Part shown: in pieces, positions 27,688 through 37,864 of the stretch
Position numbering within the stretch: the first letter of the stretch is position 1
Layout: each line of letters opens with the position of its first letter
Assembly (NCBI GenBank): GCA_039545335.1
Contig: BCIN01000001.1
Location: forward strand, 736,208 to 800,207
DNA length: 64,000 nucleotides
Direction: 5' to 3'
Source of the DNA: Kondoa subrosea
Lineage: Eukaryota
Position numbers and translations under genes: made by a program
Notes under the pieces: generated by a model
Told to the model about the DNA's origin: nothing
The model's input: the letters and a program-made list of their open reading frames with translations, nothing else
Database searches by the model: none

Positions 27688-28333
27688 GTAAGTACTGGAG
27701 AGCTATAAAGAGTGAGAAGAGCCAGGCCGTGTTGGATTCGGCATTGCAATCGCGGACGGAAATCGTAAGCCATATTATTCTATCTCGAGGACCAACACTA
27801 ATCATCACACATTGGCTATAGCAACAGTCCCACATTGACGACTGAACATTCAAGCAGAAAACCAGTCTATGCCGATGCTGTGTTGTTACTCCTGTACAGA
27901 AAGGCACAACATTTGTCAGCGATGAAGTGCTTGGAGCACGCTCAAAACCGGCCTATGGAATTAAGCCATGCCATAGCAGTAATGCCGAAGCAGAAGAAGA
28001 GACACTTCTACTTGAATACATACTTCGTATGACGCTCTTTTTTGAATGAGACATGCATATGCTCGGCCATTTTGTTTTGCCGTTTCCAGACCGTCAGCCA
28101 AGCAACACTCAAAATTCCTTCTTTTTGACAAGTCCATTCATTTGTATACGCACAGCAGTCACAGTACAGTCTCGGGATACTGCATTGCCTCGGAATATTT
28201 GCAAGAAAGAAACTTCGATTCGTTTGAATAATACTGCACGCCTATCACCGAACGCGGTACAGCCCTTATCAACCTCCTGTGTTCTTTCCCTCTGCCCTCT
28301 CCCTTTTCCAAAGCTGGCTACCTTCAATCAGCA

Positions 28334-29136
28334 ATGTCACGACAAGCAAACTTCTTTAATCAAAGTTTCGCTCAAGCCTTACCTCCTCCTCCTTCGACCT
28401 CTAAACCAATAGCGCTATCCAGTCTTCTTGCACCTACAAGTATAGACAAACCACCATCTCTTCTGGATTTGGATTCGAGATTGGATGCCGCTGTTACCGC
28501 ATTAAGTGCTGCAGCACAAGACGATTCCTTATGGTGCTCTTCCTCTTCATCAGACGAATACTCGGAAGATGATGATGATGAAGATGAAATGGAAGAACTT
28601 GAAGATTTTGTAGAAGAAGAAGAGGATGCGAGCTATGATGAAAGTGATTTCGAGTTCGACAGACTATCCAACAGATCTACACCAGCTTCTTCTATTTCCT
28701 CCATTTCTCTATCATCGACAACCCCTTCTCCTCCACTGAGACCATTAAAACCTGCTCTGAGACGTACTTCTGCCTCTTCTACTTCTATCACGGATTCGGC
28801 ACAGCATCAAATTGGAAGGAAATGCTCTTTTTCTGCTGATCCACCTAAAGTCGGTCGTACTTATTCAGCATCTGAATACCTAAGGTGAATATTACTCGGT
28901 CCGCGTTGACATGTAAACTCATTGAGCTGATGCAACAACGTTTCAGAGCTGGACCAACTTTGAAGAAACTGAACGCGCAACGGTACTCCGATATGAGGGA
29001 ACAGAAGGAAAGGTGTTCAGCATTAGCAAATGAGACAAAAGTAGATGCCGGTGACGATGAAGATGAAGAAATAGAAGAAATAGAAGAAGATGGATTAAGC
29101 TTATGCAGATTTCCAAGCAAGACCAAATCTCAATAA
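28334..29136 (+). CDS. Acidic disordered protein with neurabin/Bni4-like PP1-docking motif
   Basis: LKPALRR..RKCSFSADPPKVGRTYSASEYLRAG; one intron after 28885. Confidence 0.65.
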
Positions 29137-29665
29137 GCTTCTCGATCGGTAATCGGGCAGTGAATCATGGTCAATCATCAGTCTTGAAGTAATATTTCGG
29201 GATTAAGAGAAGTACGTTTTAGGGGTATTTAAGTTCCGCATTACGTTCATTAGCATTTCTGTAATTTGTTGTACAAGTATCTGGTAACCATCATCATTAT
29301 ATGGAATACGTTCATGCTTTCTTAAACAATATATCCGCATTCTAGTCATGAATCAATTTAGTCAAATGTTAGATACAGTTCGAGATGACTTACCGCGTGC
29401 GTTTCCCAGAGAAGCTTCGTACCACCAGACTACCATGAAACTTGAAGCATTGACACGGAGATATAATTCAGGTCTTGTAACGCAAGGCGATTTGTAATAG
29501 AGTGCAGCGACGAGGAGAGAATGACTGATCAGCTAGAGCTCGCATAGTCAGTCTGGCTTGTGTGAAACGAAGCAAATCAAAACCTACCCCTCACGTTTCT
29601 ACTTCATTCGCTAACTTTGCAGGTGTGACCTCAAGCACTCATCCTAATGATCGATTGGAGCCAAC

Positions 29666-30379
29666 TCATATCGTCTTGGCCAAAGTCGAGTAGCTGCTAA
29701 TGATGACAACTAGGACTGTGCAAAGCAAATCAATAAAAGGGCTTCTTCCCAGAAGATGGCCAAACTCACTATGTGCCGCAGCCCAAAGAAAAGGTACCCA
29801 AGTACTCATTCTCATATAAGCAGCATTATAAACCGCAGCCAAAGCGAAACCTATTTCCCACCACAACAAGATCAGGTTTTGATTTCACCTTTATAACAAC
29901 TCTGCGATCCAATACTGACCAGTTACTGTAGCTCCCAAAAAAGCACCAAAACAACCTAAGAAGCTATAAATCACAGGTAACCAAATTGCTCTAGTAGCGT
30001 ATTTCGTTCCTTTCCGACTAAAGATGATGAAAGCATAGACGGAAGGGAAGAGGAAAGAGAGGCCAGAAAGAAGTAAAGACCAATAAACTGTGTAGCGCCA
30101 TATCGAAGAAGGAATATAGAGATAGCGACCGTCTGGATTTTGCCAAGGTAGATATAAGCCTGGCCAAGCTGGGATCTACAAAGTACAATGGTCTTAGAAT
30201 AGTGGGCTACAGTGTAACTGAACACACTGTATACCCCGGAGGAGCAGATCTGTCGTAGTGCAGTGTTAGCCCTTGCCATCATAGGTTCTTTCAGGACGAA
30301 CGGATAGACTCCAGCCTGTGTAGGACGATTAGCAGAATTCGGCACTTTTGACGGTATCACGCACAGGATCCGAGGACAT
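29666..30379 (-). CDS. TMEM170/May24-family ER membrane protein
   Basis: Spliced MSSDPAGVYPSAPPGYTIPAWPGLY..IWRYTVYWSLL..FALAAVYNAAYMRMSTWVPFLWA..SSYSTLAKTI. Confidence 0.75.
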
Positions 30380-30775
30380 CTAAGCTGATGCCAAAGACCG
30401 ATTTGTTTTGGTTGAATCCAGCTTGCTTCACGACAGCCAAACCTAGAACAGCAGAAAAGCGGTGGATGCCACCGAGAGGCGCTGAAACGAGGCGAATCAC
30501 AGCCGAGAGAGAAAGCTGGAGTGGATGACCAATGCAAGAGAAGGAGATGAAGTTGCAACAAGCGAAACGTCAAGATCAATAGTGTGCTGCCTTTCTCGTA
30601 TTGTAAAGCTGGAACGCCTACAGCTCTCATTCAATGCACTGACAAAAAGCTCTCGCCATGCCTTCTACCGTTAAAATAGGTCAATGTAATACGTCTGAGC
30701 GTCAATTCTTTAGTCTTCCAGCTTTGTGCTCCCTCGTTTGCTGCTTTCTTCTCCTCTTCTTTCTTTGCATCCACT

Positions 30776-31620
30776 ATGTACTCTTCACTTGTTCTACTTT
30801 CACTACTTGCATTTGTTTCGGCTCAGAAGCCCTACGTCGACAAGGCAGCTCGTTATACTCATCATCGCACAATAGACTTCAGCTCCTATCATCCCGAACA
30901 GACCTCTCTTGCTTCTTACCTTGCTCAGCATGGCTTACGTCTGCGGACGGAGGATGATGCTGTGGTAGATGTCAAAGACAACGCTTTGCATTTGTACCAA
31001 GTCTACAATTCGGAAAAAGAGGAAGGAGAATGGCACAGTACACCTCGAGAGTCGCTAGAAGCTCAAGTGATGTTGATTGATCGAATATCGGATCTTTTTG
31101 TGGAAACGACAGTAGAAGGTTTAATGGATGATTGTGAGTTAAATCCAACTTTCTTTATAATTCCCACATAGCTTACCTGCATGTAGGTAACCTGCATCAT
31201 CGAGATTTACACGTCCAATCGAGAAGCCCTCTACCTCTTCGCTCTCCACCAAAACTCATTAACCAACATTCCCCTTCTTCCGTCTCGCCTTCCTCATACA
31301 CTCAAGACTCAGTCTATACTTTCATACAGACTAAAGCTCACTCTATAGTCTATCTCAACGGTCAATACAAAGGCTACAATATCCATTCAGCAACTTTCAC
31401 CAATCCGAATACATTGACTTGGAACCCATGTTCCGATCGAGGAGTAACCAAGATCAAGAAGATTGAATTGTATTGGAATACTCTACAAGATAATTCAAGA
31501 AGAAGGAGAATGAGATTGGTTGAAAGTAGTGAAGTGATGAATAGGCAAGCTTGGATTAAGGCGAAGATTGCGGATCTAGAGTACAAGCGGAGAAGAGGTA
31601 GCCTTTTGTTAGATGAATAA
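30776..31620 (+). CDS. Secreted hypothetical protein, possible degenerate GH16/concanavalin-like fold
   Basis: Signal peptide MYSSLVLLSLLAFVSA; one intron ~31134-31186 gives a continuous frame to IKKIELYWN. Confidence 0.6.
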
Positions 31621-31702
31621 GAGTAAGGAGTGGAGAGCCAGTAACCTTCATCAATACCCTTAAATACGAGATTAATTTGCACGCGAAGTTAAGCGACCTG
31701 AT

Positions 31703-32598
31703 CTACAGCTTCGGTTCGACGAGAGCCTTCGTGTGTATACCATGAACGAGTAGTTCGCCTTTCGTGTTGGTTATGCGGCACTCAATACTAAATCTAAGAT
31801 CAGCGACCTGGTAGATAACAAAAGTTGGTAAACTTACACAGCAGTATTGCGACTCTGCTTGAGGGTAGAGGAAATGATTCTGGAAGAGCGACCTCACATG
31901 AGAGAACATCGTAGCGATGGTGGAACAGCTGACCGCATGATTTCTCCTTTCCGAGCTGGACCGATGAATCGTATCGACAGATCCTCTTCGAATTAAATCA
32001 GAAAAGTGGTATGTTTTCGAGAAAGGTTCGAAAAGCTCACGAGAAACACCTCCGAAAGGCATCTGGTCATACGATGCACCTTCCAAAGCTATAATCGACG
32101 CGGCAGAGCAGATATCGATGAGAAAAGCCATGCAGCCTCCGTTGACTGTACCGATCTATCCAGCATGATGTTCAGCTGATATCTAGATCATGTAGAGCTT
32201 GATATGCACATGATTCTGAAGCAGACATGCATGTGATTCAAGACAGTCGATTTCGTGATAAGAGTAGCGAACACACCAGCATGTCGTCTGAAACCACTGA
32301 TCAGATTTTCTGCTGCTCAGTGACACCTGAACTTACCTGCGACCTCTACAGTATGCACTATAGTAGCTTTGGAGCCTTTTCTCGCAATGTATTTCCCATT
32401 CTTGACATCTGCATTCTCTACCTTGACAGATTCCAGCTGAATACGTTTGAAGACCTCGTTCCCAAAGCCTAGTCTTGTTTCACGACTGAACTATCCAGTG
32501 CAGTCGTCAGAAAGATTGTACCGGATCCATGTAAAGCGACTCACAGTATGCAAGTAATCGTACAGGATCTGTACTTCTGGTACTTCGCTAAAGCTCAT
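31703..32598 (-). CDS. PaaI/ACOT13-like hotdog thioesterase, copy 1
   Basis: Spliced DDMLNHIGTVNGGCMAFLID..GGVSQDLSIRFIGPA..IECRITN..HGIHTK. Confidence 0.85.
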
Positions 32599-32965
32599 AT
32601 TCAGCTGAGTGGTGGAACAAAACCTACGATTGCAGAAGCATGAGCTGGACAGGTTGGATCAGACTAGAAGACTTGAGAAGACTCGCGAAAAGCAGATCCA
32701 CTGTATCTGTTACTTTTTTGTTTGATCGAAAACCACTTGAGACTATAATAGCAGAGTGTCTGCTTACTTGCTTGCACAGAAACTATCGCACAGGTGTTAT
32801 ATTGAGGAGCGATTTGAGCTCTTTAAGTGTGTAAGAAGATAGGTTTCAATGAAGAGTGCTTGAGATTGGGCACTGTTTCACATTTCGTTAGGGGTCAGAA
32901 AAGGGGACAGTATTTCTGAAAACCTCACCACGAGTACTGAAAGAAAAGGGGTTAGTTTCTAGCTC

Positions 32966-32980
32966 GCTTGATTAGTAAGC
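32966..32980. promoter_or_regulatory. Conserved 15-bp element GCTTGATTAGTAAGC (contains Yap1-type TTACTAA on minus strand)
   Basis: Identical 15-mer upstream of all three thioesterase copies. Confidence 0.65.
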
Positions 32981-33528
32981 TGTTTCCACGGTCAGGTATG
33001 GGCATGTGATAGCTGCAGAGGTCCAACGCTTGTTCAGTGATCCAAAGAGCAGGTCAGACCACATGTAGGAAACTGCGTAACGCCGGTTAGGAGGGAGTAT
33101 GCAGATATCGAGAATCTAAATTTTTTCCAAGTCTGCGACAATAGGGTCAAAGGGATACGGTAAAGTCTATAACAAATAATCTAGTTGGCTGTATACCTGG
33201 CAGTAAATTCATGACGAACAGAATATACAGAGGACGCTTAGGGGAGATGCAGAAGCAAGAAACAAGACCGCTTGTGACGGTCGAAAACAGATGCGCGCAA
33301 CCACCATTGCAATGACAGAGGAATAATCGCGGACGCCAAAGAGAGACTTCGACAGAGGTGATAGACAAGAGATACGATGACAGAAAACGCTCGAGAAGGG
33401 GTGATATTGCGGGTCCGGGGTCTGACCAAAGATAAACGGGCCCTTTACTGGTCAAAGAAGACCCGGAAGCTCAGCGCAACCGTCATGGGCCGACATTCAA
33501 GCAAAGACCAAAATACCCAACGTGTGTT

Positions 33529-34418
33529 CTACAGCTTTGGTCCGCTGAGTGCCTTCGTATGTATACCATGGGCTAGTAGTTTGCCTTGCATGTTGGTGAT
33601 GCGGCACTCGATACTGCATTTGAGATCAGCTAGATGACGCGTAACAAAAATTGGTAATAAACTTACACAGCAGTATTACGACTCTGTTTGAGAGTGGTGG
33701 ATGTGATGCTGCATGCCACACCTCAAGTAAACGATTACTCATTCAATCTGGATCAGACTGACCGTATAATTTCTCCTTTGCGAGCTGGACCGATGAATTG
33801 TATCGACAGATCCTCTTCGATTTATAGTCAGAACAGCAGTGTCTTGGCAAGAAAGGTCAAAAGCTCACGAGAAACACCTCCGAAAGGTATTTGGTCATCC
33901 GTCACAGCTTCCAAAGCTATAGCAGCGTGGAAGAACAGCAATCTATGAGAAAGGCCATGCAGCCACCATGTAATGTCTCAGTCTATTTGAATGGGCGTGA
34001 GTTGGCACTATAGCTTGGCACTGTATCACTTACAGGATTCTGCCCCCAAGAAAACTACGCTTCAATAACTGATTCGACTCAAGTAGAGGTGCCGAACGGA
34101 CTAACATATCGTCTGACAACACACATTAGACTATTCCAGCTAATGACAGGAGTGCTCACCCGTGACTTCCACAGTAAATACTATGGTAGCTTTGAAGTCT
34201 TTCCTTTGAACGTACTTCCCATTTTTGACATCTGCATTTTCTACATTGATGGATTCCAGCTGGATACGCTTGAAGATCTTGTGACCAAAGCCCATACTTG
34301 TTTCCCTGAGCTATTGAATGCGGTTGGTCGGACTAATCGCCTGGAGTCGTGCAAAGGAACGTACAATGTGCAGGTAATCGTCCAGGAATTGTACTTCCGG
34401 TGCTTTTTTAGAGCTCAT
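33529..34418 (-). pseudogene. PaaI thioesterase copy 2, frameshifted (or sequencing error)
   Basis: 1-nt deletion near 33922-33927 relative to copies 1 and 3 gives premature TAG at 33917-33919 just after LHGGCMAFLID. Confidence 0.7.
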
Positions 34419-34480
34419 GATCGGCTGAATGGTGGTACAGGACCTACTGTGCGAGCATGAAAGCGAAGGGGATAATTCTT

Positions 34481-34495
34481 GCTTGATTAGTAAGC
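34481..34495. promoter_or_regulatory. Conserved 15-bp element GCTTGATTAGTAAGC
   Basis: 62 nt upstream of copy 2 ATG. Confidence 0.65.
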
Positions 34496-35198
34496 AGTCT
34501 GTACAGTCAGATGCGCACGTCATACACGCAAGAGGTCGATGCGAAGTCGGGGATCGAAAGAGTGTCAGACGAGATGTAGTACTCCGAGGCAGCTACATAA
34601 TAGAATGACAACAAGAGCAGAACTCCGATTCAAGCAAGATATATGCGACAGTAGCGTATGTGTTCCTTTTCAACTGAGGACGATGAAAGCGAAGACGGAA
34701 GGGGACAATGGCGAGAGATCGAAAAGAAGTAAAGACCAGTAGGCTGTGCATCAGATCAGCAGCGAAAATGCAGATGTCATCGACCAGCTGAATCTTCCAC
34801 AGACAAGTGTACGATAGTGGGACACCGAGTATGGATCTCAGCCTACATAGAATGCTGAGCTGAATATGTGGCAGTAAGTTCATGACCAAACGACCTCCGG
34901 AGGGTGATCTGATCAGATAAAGGAGCAAGAAACATAGACCTGGTAGTGATGGTCGAAATCGAGCTTTCGCGACCAGCAATGCAAAGACAGCTTAACAGTC
35001 GCAGATTCCGCTTAACAGTACAGAGCGAATTCGACATCAAGCGACAGCCAAGAGGAATGTTGACTGAAAACCCGAAAATATTGCGGTAGTAGATGTCTGA
35101 GCAAGGATAGGACGGCCCTTTGCCGAAGAGTTAAGAGTCAAAGATTCGGGGCAGACGCCTGTCTCCAAACGTAAAGACAAAAATGCATAACTTCTGTT

Positions 35199-36092
35199 CT
35201 ACAGCTTCGGTTTGATGAGTGCCTTCGTGTGTATAGCATGAGCGAGAAGTTCGCCTTGCATGTCTGTGATGCGGCATTCGATACTAGGTCTGTGATCAGC
35301 TATAGCAAGCAGGACAGAATTAGTAAACTCACACAGCAGTATTCCGACTCTGCTTGAGTGTAGTGGATGTGATTCTACAGACTCGTTTCGTGTGAGGATA
35401 TTCTATTGCCGCTCTAATCTGAAACGGCTGACCGTATCGTTTCTCCTTTGCGAGCTGGACCGATATACCGTATCGACAAATCCTCTTTAAGACAACAGTC
35501 AGAGCAGCACATTGAAATTGAGAGCGTTTGACTCGCGAGAAACACCTCCGAATGGCATTTGACCTTCCGGTACAGCTTCCAAAGCTATAGCCGATGCGGA
35601 AGAGCAGACATCGATGAGAAAAGCCACGCAGCCTCCATGAAGTGTGCCAATCTATTCCACAGAACATTGAGCTGAGATCTGTGTACTGAAGCGCTTCGTA
35701 CGAACGGGGTTCTGGAGCAAAAATATTACTTAAGTGCCAATTTCCAGTAATATTAGCGCACACACCAGCATATCGTCTGACAGGACAGCACAGATGAGAT
35801 CTTCAACCGGTGAAGGATGCTCAACTTACCTGCGACCTCTACTGTATGCACTACAATAGCTTTGGAGCCTTTCCTCGGAACATATTTGCCATTCTTGACT
35901 TCAGCGTTTTCTATCTTGACAGATTCTAGCTGCACACGCTTGAAGATATCTTTGCCAAACCCCATGTTTGCTCCTCTGATCTTGTAGATGCATGTGCACC
36001 TGTGAGGCAAATCTCTGAAAATTGGCGAAGTGACGAACAATGTGGAAGTGATCGTGCTGCATCTGATCTTCTGGTGCTAGAGTAGATCCCAT
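35199..36092 (-). CDS. PaaI/ACOT13-like hotdog thioesterase, copy 3
   Basis: Spliced DDMLNPIGTLHGGCVAFLID (canonical NxxGxLHGG..D). Confidence 0.88.
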
Positions 36093-36151
36093 GTACGCCG
36101 AAGTGGTGGTGTGCGGACTGCAGAGTCGCGTAAAAGAACAAGAGTACTTCT

Positions 36152-36166
36152 GCTTGATTAGTAAGC
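36152..36166. promoter_or_regulatory. Conserved 15-bp element GCTTGATTAGTAAGC
   Basis: 59 nt upstream of copy 3 ATG. Confidence 0.65.
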
Positions 36167-36373
36167 ATTTGGGCACCTGATAATTGCGTTAGCTAGGCAG
36201 ACGCGGCTCAGGCAATTGAGCGAGCAGGTTAGATCAGGTGAGACCGTTCGTTTGGTCGGCACTCGAAAAGGATAGAAGCGCGGCGATATTGAGCATGAGC
36301 AGGTAAGACAGTGTCATTGCATATAAGTATACGACCCCGATTGCAAATCAGCTGCTGATATCTCCCTATACCA

Positions 36374-36794
36374 TTACTTGTCCTTCTTGCTTGAGGCGTC
36401 TAGCCATGTGCGAGAAGAAGTAGCTTCGCCAGCTTGATTGACGACAATCTTGGAAACGAAGTCGATTGCTGGGTTCTCGGTACCGTCCTTCAGGATATGC
36501 TGAACATTGCCTTCAACCCAGATGGTATCTTCGCCGACCACAGACGAGTTCAAAATGATATAGCGAACAGATTTGAAGAGATTCATCATGTTGGCGATAA
36601 AGTCGACTACTGCTTTTCTGCCCTTGATTACTTCGCCACCGGGAGGTTTATAGCTGCAATCTATATACGCATCAGCTGGAAACTCTTGAATGTAACATGC
36701 ACAAACCTTCAGCAGTGTAAGGAGCAATTGATTTTACGCCCAGTGATTCCAACGCTTCAAAGCAACCCTTGACATCAAACTTAGAGAGACTCAT
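36374..36794 (-). CDS. SnoaL/NTF2-like protein, copy A
   Basis: YTAEDCSY..VIKGRKAVVDF..DTIWVEG..SRTWLD; one intron. Confidence 0.8.
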
Positions 36795-37089
36795 GATGTA
36801 TGTTTAGGAAGAAGAGAGAGAAAAAAGAGAAAAGGAAAAGCACGCAAAATGAAGAGAAGAACAATGAAACGTGTCTCAGCTCTAGCGCGCACTAAAGACG
36901 ACCAATAGGAACCATATTCGTAAGCGTTAGCAGAATACAGGAAGAGGTATTCCAAGACGGATGAACGGGACGGAAAAAGGATCAAGACCAGGTACAGCTA
37001 ACTGCCTCAAGAGCTGAACCCCGGCAAAGTTGTCTTCTTCTTGTCCTGCCCAATTGCGTTGATTCATGATTTTCATACGCTTGCATCTA

Positions 37090-37513
37090 TCACTTATCAT
37101 TTTTGCTAGAAGCGTCGAGCCAAGTGCGGAAAGAAACAGCTTCGCCAGCTTGGTTGAGAATGATTTTGAAGACGAATTCGGTTGCTGATGTCTCGGTGCC
37201 ATCTCTAATGGTATATCGAGCAGTGCCTTCGACCCAAACAGTGTCTTCTCCGACCATTGAGGAATGATGAATCGTGTATTGAGTAGAGCTGAAGAGGATT
37301 CCCGCGTTTTTGACATAATTGACTACTGCTTGCCTGCCCTGGATCACTTCTCCGCGTGATTCAAAGGTACAGTCTTTGTACAGTACTCTATTCAATACAA
37401 GACGAAGGGAAGATAGATGCGCATACCTTCAGCTATATAAACCCGATAGATTTCTCTCCTGATGACGCTAAGGCTTCAAAGCATCCCTTCACATTGAATT
37501 TGAAGCGACTCAT
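37090..37513 (-). CDS. SnoaL/NTF2-like protein, copy B
   Basis: YIAEDCTF..VIQGRQAVVNY..DTVWVEG..FRTWLD; same intron position as copy A. Confidence 0.8.
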
Positions 37514-37864
37514 TGCTTATGATTATTAGAAGAGAGAGAGGGAAAGAGAAGGAAGACGAGTATAAGTGCACAGTCAGATCGGCAGTACAGTCAGAAAACG
37601 CATCACGAAACGTCGCCGCTCGAGCCCTTGTGACATTGCTGATACTAGGTGCAACCAGTACGATCTTGGAATGGCTAGCTAGACCTAGCGAGCTGAAAAC
37701 ATAGCAGACAAAGCAATTTCGGTGATCGTGCTCTCGTGCAGCCGGTAGTTAGCTAATAATACTTGAGGAATGTACGCAACAGAAAGCCTGCTCTTGCCTC
37801 TGATCGAAAGTCAAGCGCGTCATCTTGAGCTTGTTGTTTTCTGCAAACCGCGAAACATGCGAGA

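Noticed and set aside
29971..30630. 219-aa ORF from the track
   Set aside because: Mostly wrong frame or intron read-through; the spliced TMEM170-like model explains the region
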